Shown here one piece after another: positions 30,629 to 41,146 of a stretch of 64,000 bases of DNA. How positions within the stretch are numbered: the stretch's first letter is position 1; the number at the start of each line of letters is the position of its first letter. A model generated the notes under the pieces. The model was given only the letters and a program-made list of their open reading frames with translations. It searched no databases and was not told the origin of the DNA. The stretch spans positions 952 to 64,951 of the IMG/VR virus record IMGVR_UViG_3300042878_000198. One strand, given 5' to 3'. Both the position numbers and the translations under genes were made by a program. This DNA comes from a virus (taxonomy: Duplodnaviria > Caudoviricetes).

Positions 30629-33298
30629 AATATTGTTTTTGTCTAACTTTTCGTTTAGTTCTTGTATTGCTTTTACTAAAACAGGTATTAATTCAGTATA
30701 CTTAACACCTAAAGTCTGCATATCATCTCTTCCTACATCAATCAATTCAGGTAGTATTTCTTGAACATTTTGTGCGCTTAAACCAAAATATGCTTTTTTG
30801 TTTTCTAATTCAGAATCATATTTCCAATTAAACTTTAAGGTTTCTAATTTCAAAATAGATTCTAAAGCATTATCAATATCACTAATTTTATTTTTTAATC
30901 TAATATCAGAATCTGAAACAAAAGAAGTTGCGCCAATAGATAATTTAACACCACCAGTTGAACCTGCTCTAATATGAATATCAGCGTTATTACTTTGAAT
31001 ATATGGGTCATCTACAATATATGGGCTTGATGCTCCAATAAACAATAAAAGTCTATCAGCAGTAGTACCTCTTCGTAATGTTAACCCACTATTATTATTG
31101 TCTGAAACAATTAAATTACCTGAGCCACTTGTATCTGTACCTATTAAAACCTTTCCCTCCGAAGTGATGCGCATTCGTTCGGTTGGTGCAATACTTGGGT
31201 CTGTTCCATCTGTAGGGTTAGTACTAAAGGTAATTACACCTTTAAACCAACTTATTGGGTCATTTCTAAATAATATAGATGCCATTTGTGCAAGGTTATT
31301 TCCATAACCTCTCGCTTGCCCAATTATACCGCCTTGTATTGCGTTTACCACTCCATCAGCAGCGGTATTGGTTAAAAGAATATAGTTAGGTGCGCCATCT
31401 TGTAAATGTAATCTAGTTAATGGGCTAACTCCAATTCCAACGCTATTTGAAAAAGTAGCAACGCCTGTGGAGGCTAAAGTAAAAGTGCTTAAACTTCCTT
31501 TGTTCCTTATTGTTAAACTTCTACTCGATGGATAATCAATAAATCCATTAAAGGTTGATGGACTTAAAAACAAGTCTAATGTTTCAGCGTTAGCACTATT
31601 TTTTATTTCGTGGTCATTGCTTCTCAAAGTTCCACTAAACCGCCCAGTTCCGTTAACGTCTAGCTGATAACCAGAGTCCGTAAAAGTTCCAATTAATAAT
31701 CTACTATTATTTATTAATCTTAATCCATTCCCTGTTGATGTATATACTTGAAATGCTGATTGATTAGAGGTGCTACCACTCATATCAATAGAAACACCAT
31801 AAGACGCACTTCCACCATAATTCTTAAATGTTGCTACCCATTCGCCATCAGTTGTTTGGGTTGCAAATAATCTTGCTAATGTAGGAGCATTATTAATTCC
31901 AATATGTGTAGCTTGTAATGTACTACTAAAGGTAGCTGCGCCACTAGGAGCAATTGTTAAAGCATCTATTGAATTAGTTCCATCACTTCTTTGGGTGTTA
32001 AATAAAATACCTCCATTTGTTGAAGTATTAGCACCATAAGAAAAAAATCTTGAATAACCTCCTGAAAAATCAACTACATATCTACTTGCACCTAATCCAC
32101 CGGGGTTTGTTCCTTGGCCTGTTAAATACCCTCCAACTGTCACGCTACTTGAAAAGGTAGCTGCGCCACCTGTTGTTATTGATAAACTGCCTCCATCTGT
32201 TTTTAAATGTAAGCCTTTACCTATTCCTGAACGCATTTCAAAGTCGTCAAGAATACCTACGCCCATAACTCCAGAGTTTCCAATTGCTCCTATACTTACT
32301 CCGCTTCTTCTTAAACTTATAGCAGCACCTATGACACTTGTAGAATCAAAAGTTGCATAAAGAGTAGTTGTACCACCAACTTGTAATCTTGCTCCATTGT
32401 CGGCAGCAGATACTCCAACCAGTAAATTGTTTGTATCTCCTTTAACAAGTAAAGAAGCGGATAGTAGTGCGTCATTATAAATAGTAAAGTCACTTGTCGT
32501 ACCAAACATTGCAAAAGAAAACTTCTGCACTCCATTGGCATATAGTCCAACTCCAGCATTTGGCGTAGCTTGTGTTGAATCTATTCTTATTCTTGTAGCG
32601 GCAGCAGATGTTACAAGTAGCGGAAAACTAACTCCAGCGACTGGTGTAGGTGTAGCTGAGCTGCCTATTCCTAGTCTATCGTTTGTAGCATCCCAAAATA
32701 AATTACTCTCTCCTGTTATGGCTGAGCCTGATGACCAATAAGCTACCTGTCCCGCTGCGCCTGTTCCTGTTACTGGGTTTGTGATTGTACTCTGCTTGTT
32801 ATTAAAAGTTGTCCAATCTGCCGAACTTAAAACTCCTCTATTGCTTGCACTTGCCGTAGGCACGTTTAGCGTTATTACAGGAGTTGTAGTGCCTGTTGCA
32901 ACTGTACTTGATAGGTCTGTACCTGTTGTGCCTAGAGTTAAAGCAGCCACACTTGTAACTGTTCCTACTCCAGACCCTCCAACAAGAGCTACAGTTCCTG
33001 ATGAACTTGGGAAAGTATATGTTCTGCCGCCGCCCGGATTGTTAAATGCAAATTCACAATAGCCTTTACTGTTGCCAGAAAAATATAAATTATTATTCCC
33101 ATTGAATCCTAAGAAATTTGAACCAAAACTAACTATGCCAGCACCACTAACATTTTTTAAATTCGTTGGCGCTCCAGCCCCTACTTGTGGTACTTGTACT
33201 CCATCATTGGCATATATTATCCCTGCAACGCCTATAGCACCAAGTGAATATAAGTCAAAGTAGTTTATTAATTCCGATGTCCCCGTATTCTTGCTCAT
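30623..33298 (-). CDS. Tail fibre 2 with C-terminal peptidase S74 intramolecular chaperone (891 aa)
   Basis: Gly/Thr/Ser-rich repeats; SDIRLKNKI...GLSAQNVQEILPELI...YTELIPVLVKAIQEL. Confidence 0.9.
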   Translation of the reverse strand: MSKNTGTSELINYFDLYSLGAIGVAGIIYANDGVQVPQVGAGAPTNLKNVSGAGIVSFGSNFLGFNGNNNLYFSGNSKGYCEFAFNNPGGGRTYTFPSSSGTVALVGGSGVGTVTSVAALTLGTTGTDLSSTVATGTTTPVITLNVPTASASNRGVLSSADWTTFNNKQSTITNPVTGTGAAGQVAYWSSGSAITGESNLFWDATNDRLGIGSSATPTPVAGVSFPLLVTSAAATRIRIDSTQATPNAGVGLYANGVQKFSFAMFGTTSDFTIYNDALLSASLLVKGDTNNLLVGVSAADNGARLQVGGTTTLYATFDSTSVIGAAISLRRSGVSIGAIGNSGVMGVGILDDFEMRSGIGKGLHLKTDGGSLSITTGGAATFSSSVTVGGYLTGQGTNPGGLGASRYVVDFSGGYSRFFSYGANTSTNGGILFNTQRSDGTNSIDALTIAPSGAATFSSTLQATHIGINNAPTLARLFATQTTDGEWVATFKNYGGSASYGVSIDMSGSTSNQSAFQVYTSTGNGLRLINNSRLLIGTFTDSGYQLDVNGTGRFSGTLRSNDHEIKNSANAETLDLFLSPSTFNGFIDYPSSRSLTIRNKGSLSTFTLASTGVATFSNSVGIGVSPLTRLHLQDGAPNYILLTNTAADGVVNAIQGGIIGQARGYGNNLAQMASILFRNDPISWFKGVITFSTNPTDGTDPSIAPTERMRITSEGKVLIGTDTSGSGNLIVSDNNNSGLTLRRGTTADRLLLFIGASSPYIVDDPYIQSNNADIHIRAGSTGGVKLSIGATSFVSDSDIRLKNKISDIDNALESILKLETLKFNWKYDSELENKKAYFGLSAQNVQEILPELIDVGRDDMQTLGVKYTELIPVLVKAIQELNEKLDKNNIN

Positions 33299-33303
33299 TA
33301 GTT
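33275..33303. repeat. 29-bp direct repeat, copy 2 (fibre 1 stop / fibre 2 start junction)
   Basis: Identical to 30600-30628. Confidence 0.95.
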
Positions 33304-36300
33304 CTTACTTTTTAATTCGTCTAACTCTGATTTCAACTCTTGAATAGCTTTAATTAATGGTACCACTATTGTTGCATATCTTACGTTTTCTACTTGACCA
33401 GTCCTGTCTTCATTTTCGTAATCCGCTAAATATGGGGACACTTGCGCAACATCTTCAGCTATTAATCCTAAAAAGTCAATGTCTGCTTTATTATAATAAT
33501 CTTTTTTATACTTAAATGTTTTTGGTTTTAATGCTAGGATTGTATCCAAGCCATTTCCATCCCAATTTATAATATTTTCTTTAAATCTTCCAGAAGACGC
33601 AGTGCCTCTCTCTAATGTTCCACCTGCACTAACATAAAGGTTTGGAATTTGTGCAGATGTATTATTGTATGGTGACCCAGCAAGAGTACCAGTATTAATT
33701 ACTCCATCTCCTCTTACAAGAAAAGCGTTGGCCCCTGAACTATTTAAGCAATACAATGAAGATGAAAATGCAGTGTCAGTACTTGAATATACGGATAACC
33801 TTGTTGCGCCTGAAGCAGGTGATGTATTACCTATGGTTACAAGACCACTCGAAGTGATTGTCATACGAGGACTTGTAGTAGTTGGAGATGAAGATGTCCC
33901 TTGATTAGCAGTTCTAAAAATAATATTTCCTGCAAATGCTGACTCTATTGAAAGGCTATTCCCATCATTATATAAGCCCCATATATAATAGGTATTAGTG
34001 TATTGGTAAACATTTTCACCACTAGCAGTGATTTGAAATCTACTGCCACTTGGATTACCAAAATACTTAGTACCATCACTAGCAATAGTCATTCTGCTAT
34101 TCCATCCATTAGTAGGATTGTAAGTCCAAGTAGCTAATCCACCACTAGCGTCTAATTGTTGATTTGCTAAATATAAAGTGCCGCTTGTTGTCTCTAATAA
34201 ATAACCTGCTTGTACTGTATTTAAGCCATTTCTAGTTACGTTAAAATTAGAAGAACTAGTCACACTACTTGAAAAGGTAGCTGCTGCACCTGTCAAAGTA
34301 CCTACTACTTCAGCCCCTGCTGTAAATCTAAAATTTGCACCCGTAAATCTTACAGCACCTGCACCTGTAATTGACCTTTCAAGGTCACCATAAGTAGTCC
34401 CGTCAGCATTTAAAAACCTTAAATAACTTTCGCCATCCGCAGTTCTTATACTCAATGGATTTGTAGCACTTGCACCACCTAAAAGTGCGGTACCTGTGAA
34501 TGTAGCACTAGTCCCGTTTAAAGCACCTGTCAAAGTTACTGCACCTGCACCTGTAATGGTAACTCTAGTACCTCCACCTCCGCCTACATTTGTCCCAAAA
34601 GTGATGGGTGTATTCCCTTGAGAATTTATGTCAAAAGATGTAGGGCTAGCTTGAATTGTATTATATGCTCCACCTCCTGTATATGCTCCAAATCTTATTT
34701 GGCTTACATTGTCTGAAGTCCTTCCATTTAATAAAACACCAACTGCATTCGCTGGAGTGTTTAATGTAGCACTAACTGCTATTAAATCCCCGCTAAACGT
34801 AGCACTAGTCCCGTTCAAAGCACCCGTCAAAGTTCCACCTGCTAGGGGAAGGTATGCAGCTAAAGCAGCCGTTGAGGCCTTGTTATTAAAAGTTGTCCAA
34901 TCAGTTGAAGACAAATAGCCATTAACAGAAGTAGTAGCCACAGGAATAGAAATGGCAGGAGTTGTACCACCACTTGAAACAATTGGACTTGTACCTGTAA
35001 CACTTGTAACATAAGTACCTGCCGCCTGCTTCCCATTCAGCTGAGTCTGTATAGAGCTTGTCACTCCCTTAACGTAGCTTAGCTCAGTCAGTGATGGGTA
35101 GGTAGCAGTGGTTAAGCTCGCTATAGTCGTGGAGGCTGTGAAGTATGCCAACTCATTAGTCGTACCGCTTCCTGAGATGCTGTTCACAATCCCAGAGGTG
35201 TACTTAATAATGTCCACAATGTTGTTTACCATTGTCCCTACAGCAAGCACCACGGTAGTGCCGTTAGTAGCTGTATAGTCAGACGATGTCAATCGAACAC
35301 CGTTAATGAACACATCTACAAGCCCAACAGTATATCCACCTGTTACAGTGAACGTAGTCTGTGAAGCCGTAGCTATAAACGTCTCTATCTCTCTAGCAGA
35401 TGGGTTGACTGTTCCTGCATACTCAGGGATATTAAAAACTCCCGTGGTGTTATTATAAGTAGCAGGGCCACTAGACCCTGTAGTTGTTAAACTAATTGCT
35501 AGTCTACTTGTAGATGTTGCTTGGCTAAGCGTAATAAACTCATTGCTGTTGACAGCATTGCTACCTATCACACGTCCCTTGAAGTTAGCAACCACACCTG
35601 CTGGTAGGTCCGCAATCGCTCCAGTTGCAGCGTTAACAACACCGTTAGTCTCGCCAACAATAATGCTTGAAGCAAACTGCTGTACGCCTGTGTTGTATGC
35701 GTAGATAGGATATCTGCCACTAGGGTTATTACCGTAGTAGTCTAGAAGGTTTGTGTTTACAGATACAGATAGAAGTCTCTCGCCTGTAACAAGCACACCT
35801 CTAAAGAAAGATATAGGGGTTGTTTCAAGCCCTGTACCGCTACCGTTATTGAATGTATTTACAAAGCTCCATGTAGCCTCACCTGCTGGAACTAACTCAT
35901 TTTGATTGTAAGCTATCCTCAACCCATAAAGGGTGTCAACTCCAATCTTAAAGTTTAACACATCACCACTCCTAAGAATAGTCTTTAAAGCTGTAATGGT
36001 TTGAGTTGTATCAAGGGTAACATAGTTGCCAGCTGGCTGCTTACTATTGAACGTAGTCCAGTCCGCAGCACTTAGAGCACCTCTGTTAGTAGCAGAAGCT
36101 GTCGGTACATTTAAAGTTATTGCAGGAGTAGTAGTGCTATTGGTTACACTAGATGATAAGTCAGTACCACTTGACCCTAAACTAAATGAAACACTTGTAA
36201 CCGTTCCAGTCCCGTAAACAGTAGAATCTACACTACCATCAGCCTTTAAAAACTGAGAAGACGTTCCTCCCGATTTGATGAAAGCACCGCCATAAATATT

Positions 36301-39300
36301 CCCTGTGAAGTAATTTTGAGTTGTTAATGAATTGCCTATTGTTACAGTGTTGCTGCCAGACCCCGTTCCATTGTTACCAATGACAATCTCGTTTGAACCT
36401 CCGTTGGAATTAGGTCTTGAATTATTACCGATGTAAATAGATGAATTGGAGGTAGCATTTGCAGAACCAGAAATCACATCTAGTTTTCCTGCTGTACTAC
36501 CTATGGCAATATTGTTTGCTCCTGTAGTGATGTTTCTCAAAGCCTCACTTCCTAGTGCAGTATTTGGGAATCCTGTAGTGATTGACAACAAAGCCTGAGA
36601 ACCTACAGCAGTATTTCCTCCTATGCCTGCAAACACATCTCCACTACTTGCACCTCTGCCAACCATTACACCATTCACATCAATGTTTGAAGTGGTGGTT
36701 TTATTACCTGCAATAGTCTGTGACCCTGTAGTTACTAGCCCTCGATTTGTAGCTGAGGCACTAGGAATATTGAAGGTATGAGTAGCTACAGAACTTGATA
36801 TATTAAAATCAGTTCCTGAAGTGCCTGTAGCTAAATATTGAACCTGCTTAGTAAGTCCGTTAAGAGTAGTCAACCCTGTAGTGAACGTAGTAATGATTTG
36901 GCAAAGGTGACTATTCTCAGTATGTAGCGTAATTGTTCTTCCTGAGTTATTGACATACACTCTAATAGCAAGTCTATCAGTAATAGCCAACACAGTCTCA
37001 GGAACAGCCAGTGGTGAGAAATAAGGATTGATGATAGTTCCAAAAGCAATCAACTCAGGGTTAGCAGAATTGCTTGCAATCAAAGTAAATGTAGTACCAT
37101 CGTACTTATACAGCTCAACATAGAATGTTGGAGTCCCACCTGAACTTGAAGCAGAAAAATAAAACTCAAAGTTCCAGTTCCCTGCTGGAATTAATAATGA
37201 TTCAGGGTCATTAGCATTAGTAATAAACTGAGAAATGTATCCGTTTGTAGCAATATTAAAATCAGTTCCAGCTCCAAATATTGGAACCTTACTCATCTCA
37301 TAGTATGTGTTACCTACAAATGTCCCTTGATTTACAGAACCATTTAAGTAGTAAGATACAGATGAGCCTCCGCCTCCACCCCCACCGGGGAAGTCCCCAA
37401 GGCTACCATCACCTCTAACATACTGAGAGGCTAAACCTGCACCTACAACAGTAAGTGTACCAGCACTTGTTACAGGGCTGTTTGATACAGTAAATGCAGA
37501 TGGCATACTAATCCCTACACTCGTAACCGTACCTACAAATTGGTCAGTATAAGCAGGAATATTTAATGTGTTACCAATTAATGTAGATGCACCACTAGAG
37601 CCTGTAGTTGTAAGCGTTAACGCTCCTTGTTTATTATTAAATGTATTCCAATCAGTTGAAGAAAGATATCCATCTGTAGCTGCACCTGATTGACTAATGC
37701 TAAACGCTCCTGTCGTATTGTTATATGACAATGGAGCAGAAGCACTAAGTGAGCCTAGTACTATGTATGCGCTTGAATCAACACTACCATCAGCCTTTAG
37801 AAACTGAGATGATGTCCCTCCATTTTTAATTAACGAAGATGCTGTTAAGCTGTATATGCCTAGATTAACATTTTGAGTTGCTCCTGTATATGGTACGTAT
37901 CCTGTTAAAGAAGGGAACGTCTGTAGAGCTCCTGTGCCATCAATGTACTGAAGCGAATTCCCTGAGCCAGTAATAGCTATCGTGCCATTTGAAGTCAATG
38001 GAGAGTTTGTAACAGTAAATGCCGTAGGCATACTTACCCCTACCGATGTTAAACCTGTATCAATGTCGGACCAACTTGCAGTAATCGTTCCTCCGTCCTG
38101 CTGATTAAGCGTTAATGTCTTTGTTGCTGTGCCCGTAACTGCAGCACTTACAATTGAATCATTGTATGCTGTGTTCCAATTAGCTGAGTTGTCAGTGATA
38201 TATGAAATAGTTCCTCCAACAGACTTAACTAATCCAGTACCTCCTAATAATGCTTGCTTACTATTAAATATCAACCAATCAGCACTTGACAAGTATCCAT
38301 CTAAGCTGCTGCTTGACTGCTGTATTGATATGTCAGGAGTAGCTCCTCCTGTTGAAAACAATGGACTTGTTGCTGTAACAGATGACACACCTGCTGAAAT
38401 AGTCCAAGACCTATCAGCCGATAAATCAAAAGTAACGCCATTAATGGTAAGAGTCCGTGTCTGTGGTACCCCACCAAGCCCTGATAGCGTGTAGTTAGGG
38501 ACATTGATTGTAGAACCAATAAGAGTAGATGGACCGCTATTACCTGTTGTTGTTAAGATTATAGCAGTTTGCTTACCATCAAATGTTATCCAATCAGCAG
38601 CAGACAGAAATCCGCCCTGAGAAGCGTTTGCTTGCTGAATGCTAAATACGCCCGTCCCTGAGTTGTACAACAACGGTGAAGCAGCACTGTAAACAGGTAG
38701 ATTTATCCATCTAACACCAGTTACATTTGAAGATAATACTTGATTGTTAGTGCCAGCAGAGCTTAACCCATCTTTTAAAGTCCCAAGCAAAGTAAGGCTT
38801 GTGGAAATGGTAGATGTTAATAAGGCTGCGTTGTTAGCACTTAAATTACCTGTAAGGATTATGTTGTTTACAGCTGTATTCCCAGATGTTAATACCTGTT
38901 GTAGGTTGGGAATAATGGTTGGGATAGTGTACCACTCTACTTGAGTACCTGTACTTGTTAATACCTGACCTGCGGTTCCAATAGAATTTAATCTATCGAA
39001 TAACCCACCAGTAATTTTAGTTTGACCTGTTAAATTACTGTTTAATATATTTGCGGTACTACCTACGTTTAAGGTAGTGGTAGTAATAATTCCTGTAAGA
39101 TTAATGTTTTGAGTTGCCGTATTGCCAAAATCCAATACCCCCTGTAGCGTGTTTCCCGGAATATTTGGGATAAACAAGTTCAATAACTCAGCTAACGTAA
39201 AGTTATATGTTAAATCCTCGGGGTCTCCACCTACACTTGTGCCAATTAATTTATCAGCTAGTTTAGGTACAGGGACAACATCGTATATACTAATCTTGGA

Positions 39301-39303
39301 CAT
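33298..39303 (-). CDS. Long tail fibre 1 with C-terminal S74 chaperone (2001 aa)
   Basis: Five GxLSxxDWxxFxxK repeats, LQxVL motifs, and SSGRFKENI...GLIAEDV...LIKAIQEL. Confidence 0.9.
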   Translation of the reverse strand: MSKISIYDVVPVPKLADKLIGTSVGGDPEDLTYNFTLAELLNLFIPNIPGNTLQGVLDFGNTATQNINLTGIITTTTLNVGSTANILNSNLTGQTKITGGLFDRLNSIGTAGQVLTSTGTQVEWYTIPTIIPNLQQVLTSGNTAVNNIILTGNLSANNAALLTSTISTSLTLLGTLKDGLSSAGTNNQVLSSNVTGVRWINLPVYSAASPLLYNSGTGVFSIQQANASQGGFLSAADWITFDGKQTAIILTTTGNSGPSTLIGSTINVPNYTLSGLGGVPQTRTLTINGVTFDLSADRSWTISAGVSSVTATSPLFSTGGATPDISIQQSSSSLDGYLSSADWLIFNSKQALLGGTGLVKSVGGTISYITDNSANWNTAYNDSIVSAAVTGTATKTLTLNQQDGGTITASWSDIDTGLTSVGVSMPTAFTVTNSPLTSNGTIAITGSGNSLQYIDGTGALQTFPSLTGYVPYTGATQNVNLGIYSLTASSLIKNGGTSSQFLKADGSVDSSAYIVLGSLSASAPLSYNNTTGAFSISQSGAATDGYLSSTDWNTFNNKQGALTLTTTGSSGASTLIGNTLNIPAYTDQFVGTVTSVGISMPSAFTVSNSPVTSAGTLTVVGAGLASQYVRGDGSLGDFPGGGGGGGSSVSYYLNGSVNQGTFVGNTYYEMSKVPIFGAGTDFNIATNGYISQFITNANDPESLLIPAGNWNFEFYFSASSSGGTPTFYVELYKYDGTTFTLIASNSANPELIAFGTIINPYFSPLAVPETVLAITDRLAIRVYVNNSGRTITLHTENSHLCQIITTFTTGLTTLNGLTKQVQYLATGTSGTDFNISSSVATHTFNIPSASATNRGLVTTGSQTIAGNKTTTSNIDVNGVMVGRGASSGDVFAGIGGNTAVGSQALLSITTGFPNTALGSEALRNITTGANNIAIGSTAGKLDVISGSANATSNSSIYIGNNSRPNSNGGSNEIVIGNNGTGSGSNTVTIGNSLTTQNYFTGNIYGGAFIKSGGTSSQFLKADGSVDSTVYGTGTVTSVSFSLGSSGTDLSSSVTNSTTTPAITLNVPTASATNRGALSAADWTTFNSKQPAGNYVTLDTTQTITALKTILRSGDVLNFKIGVDTLYGLRIAYNQNELVPAGEATWSFVNTFNNGSGTGLETTPISFFRGVLVTGERLLSVSVNTNLLDYYGNNPSGRYPIYAYNTGVQQFASSIIVGETNGVVNAATGAIADLPAGVVANFKGRVIGSNAVNSNEFITLSQATSTSRLAISLTTTGSSGPATYNNTTGVFNIPEYAGTVNPSAREIETFIATASQTTFTVTGGYTVGLVDVFINGVRLTSSDYTATNGTTVVLAVGTMVNNIVDIIKYTSGIVNSISGSGTTNELAYFTASTTIASLTTATYPSLTELSYVKGVTSSIQTQLNGKQAAGTYVTSVTGTSPIVSSGGTTPAISIPVATTSVNGYLSSTDWTTFNNKASTAALAAYLPLAGGTLTGALNGTSATFSGDLIAVSATLNTPANAVGVLLNGRTSDNVSQIRFGAYTGGGAYNTIQASPTSFDINSQGNTPITFGTNVGGGGGTRVTITGAGAVTLTGALNGTSATFTGTALLGGASATNPLSIRTADGESYLRFLNADGTTYGDLERSITGAGAVRFTGANFRFTAGAEVVGTLTGAAATFSSSVTSSSNFNVTRNGLNTVQAGYLLETTSGTLYLANQQLDASGGLATWTYNPTNGWNSRMTIASDGTKYFGNPSGSRFQITASGENVYQYTNTYYIWGLYNDGNSLSIESAFAGNIIFRTANQGTSSSPTTTSPRMTITSSGLVTIGNTSPASGATRLSVYSSTDTAFSSSLYCLNSSGANAFLVRGDGVINTGTLAGSPYNNTSAQIPNLYVSAGGTLERGTASSGRFKENIINWDGNGLDTILALKPKTFKYKKDYYNKADIDFLGLIAEDVAQVSPYLADYENEDRTGQVENVRYATIVVPLIKAIQELKSELDELKSKN

Positions 39304-39315
39304 CCACTATGAGAT

Positions 39316-39585
39316 TTAAACGTGAACTATCTTCAATGCATCTCCTGTTCTGTAAAGGTTTCCTACCAACAATCCTGCTGCAACAGCCGCTGCGTTATCT
39401 GCATAGACAGGAACACTGGCTATCACTATAGCAGCAGCACTAAAATTGGCTTGATACAAAGCCAATAGTAATGCAGGAGTAAAATTAAAAGTAGCATTCT
39501 CGGGACTGCCTCCTGTTCTTGTTCCGATTAATTTATCATTTAATGCAGGAGTACTAATAACGGTGTAATCATTTATCTTTGACAT
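39316..39585 (-). CDS. Small tail-associated protein (89 aa)
   Basis: N-terminus (MSKI..Y....P.L.DKLIGT) parallels that of fibre 1; YADNAAAVAAGL motif. Confidence 0.65.
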   Translation of the reverse strand: MSKINDYTVISTPALNDKLIGTRTGGSPENATFNFTPALLLALYQANFSAAAIVIASVPVYADNAAAVAAGLLVGNLYRTGDALKIVHV

Positions 39586-39590
39586 AATAT

Positions 39591-39836
39591 CTATTTTTCT
39601 TTTTGAGTCACCTCTCCGGTTTGCATATTTATTACTGAATCAACACCGTACTTTTCAATGAGAATCTTTTCATTGGTAGTGAAAGCTTCAATGATACTGT
39701 TTGCGTGTTTAATTAATCCTTGCTTTTGTAGCTCAAGTTCTCCAAGGCTAATCTTAATCTTGGTGTATTCTGCTGAGCCGTTCTTGATGAAATCTAGTTC
39801 TTCGCTAGTCAATTTTAAGGATTCTTGAATTTTCAT
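39591..39836 (-). CDS. Hypothetical coiled-coil protein (81 aa)
   Basis: ORF ending EKYG..INMQTGEV; -7 box at 39861-39868. Confidence 0.65.
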   Translation of the reverse strand: MKIQESLKLTSEELDFIKNGSAEYTKIKISLGELELQKQGLIKHANSIIEAFTTNEKILIEKYGVDSVINMQTGEVTQKEK

Positions 39837-40348
39837 TTGATTCGATTTTTAAGTGTTCGACAAATATAGCTAATAATTGAATATGGATTTGGTAATAATC
39901 TCCTGAACTTGTAAGCCAAAAATAAAAAAAGTAGAAGTATCGGTAGCCAAAAATATTCAAAATAATTTATTTTCTTTTCTACCGACTTATCGTAAGTCTC
40001 TGTACTCTGCTCTTTGCTTACCTCAGTTTGCTTGTAGTCGCTAACTGCAACCGCAATTTTTGTAGAGTCCACAACCTCACGCTTAGTCTTTTTAATTTTA
40101 ACTGCAGCATTGAAGTACTCCTTGCCTGCAATGACTATAGGCTTTGTGTTATCTATTGGGACAACCTCAATCTCGTCAATGTCCTCCTTTATGCTAATAG
40201 CGTTCTGCTGAAAAGCTACGCTGTCCCTCTTCTCTACGACAACACTGTCAACCTTTGTCTCAACTAGAGACTTAGATATGGCTACTTTCTTCGTGGAACA
40301 CGAGAAGACTAAAAGACTAAGGAATATTAATGTAAGAAGTCTTACCAT
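39833..40348 (-). CDS. Lipoprotein with C-terminal TM helix (unimolecular spanin-like candidate)
   Basis: Signal peptide with lipobox VFSC and a C-terminal hydrophobic helix; adjacent to the endolysin. Confidence 0.55.
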   Translation of the reverse strand: MVRLLTLIFLSLLVFSCSTKKVAISKSLVETKVDSVVVEKRDSVAFQQNAISIKEDIDEIEVVPIDNTKPIVIAGKEYFNAAVKIKKTKREVVDSTKIAVAVSDYKQTEVSKEQSTETYDKSVEKKINYFEYFWLPILLLFLFLAYKFRRLLPNPYSIISYICRTLKNRIK

Positions 40349-40781
40349 TGGTGCGTACAGCTTTTAACTTTTGCTTTCTGTTCTTGCCTTTAGTATAAGA
40401 AACGTGTACCCAATCCGGGTTGGAATCCGTCCCAAATTCATGTATGCATTGGTCCCATTCTAAGTTAGCAACAATAAAGTCAAAGACCATCTTATTAGTA
40501 ACGCCACTGCTGCTTCCATCCATGTCGATGTCAATCGCTTCTCCCTTACAATGTTGGGAGGACGAACTTCCCTTAATCAAATCATTGAGAGCCTTGCTTC
40601 TGTACCCAGAGCTGATAAAAATAGGAACACCAAAGTGAGCACGGATAGGCTCGAATACTTTATCGGCCAATAGCTTAAAGTTTTCTAAATGAGCAGCAGT
40701 AGGAGTATTGTCAATTCCTTGACGCTTAGCCGTATCACTTCTAGTAATTTCGGCTAGATTAAGATTCGGGCTGATTTTCAT
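40317..40781 (-). CDS. Endolysin, peptidase M15A family
   Basis: ISSGYRS, SSQHCKGEAID and WVHVS zinc-peptidase motifs. Confidence 0.9.
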   Translation of the reverse strand: MKISPNLNLAEITRSDTAKRQGIDNTPTAAHLENFKLLADKVFEPIRAHFGVPIFISSGYRSKALNDLIKGSSSSQHCKGEAIDIDMDGSSSGVTNKMVFDFIVANLEWDQCIHEFGTDSNPDWVHVSYTKGKNRKQKLKAVRTNGKTSYINIP

Positions 40782-40785
40782 TTAC

Positions 40786-41145
40786 TTAGTTGTTAAGTGA
40801 GTCTAATCCAATAGAATCTATGCTTACTTTCTTCTTTCCCCAAAAATTCTTCTCCTCTTTTATGAAAATAGTATCTCGAATATAAACAATTGTTTTTTCA
40901 GCCTTAGCCAACTCAACCGCTTTCTTTGCTACAATTACTTCTGTCTTTAGCGTTTCAATTTTCTTGTCTACTTTTTCGACCATTTTTGTAAACTGTTTGT
41001 CTGACTTTGGTAATGTAATAGTAGCTTGCTTGAATAGGCTATCGCTTTTAACAAATAAGCTATCCGTTACCTGCTCTTCGATTACTTCTTCTTTTTTACC
41101 GCAAGAAGTCAAGACAAGTAGGAATAAAATAGGCAGATATTTCAT
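40786..41145 (-). CDS. Lipoprotein (spanin-like candidate)
   Basis: Lipobox LTSC after a hydrophobic signal, then coiled coil; lysis cluster. Confidence 0.55.
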   Translation of the reverse strand: MKYLPILFLLVLTSCGKKEEVIEEQVTDSLFVKSDSLFKQATITLPKSDKQFTKMVEKVDKKIETLKTEVIVAKKAVELAKAEKTIVYIRDTIFIKEEKNFWGKKKVSIDSIGLDSLNN

Positions 41146-41146
41146 C

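Noticed and set aside
30623-39303. Diversity-generating retroelement or invertase shufflon acting on the tail fibres
   Set aside because: No reverse transcriptase, adenine-specific TR/VR pair, recombinase or inverted cassettes seen in the window.
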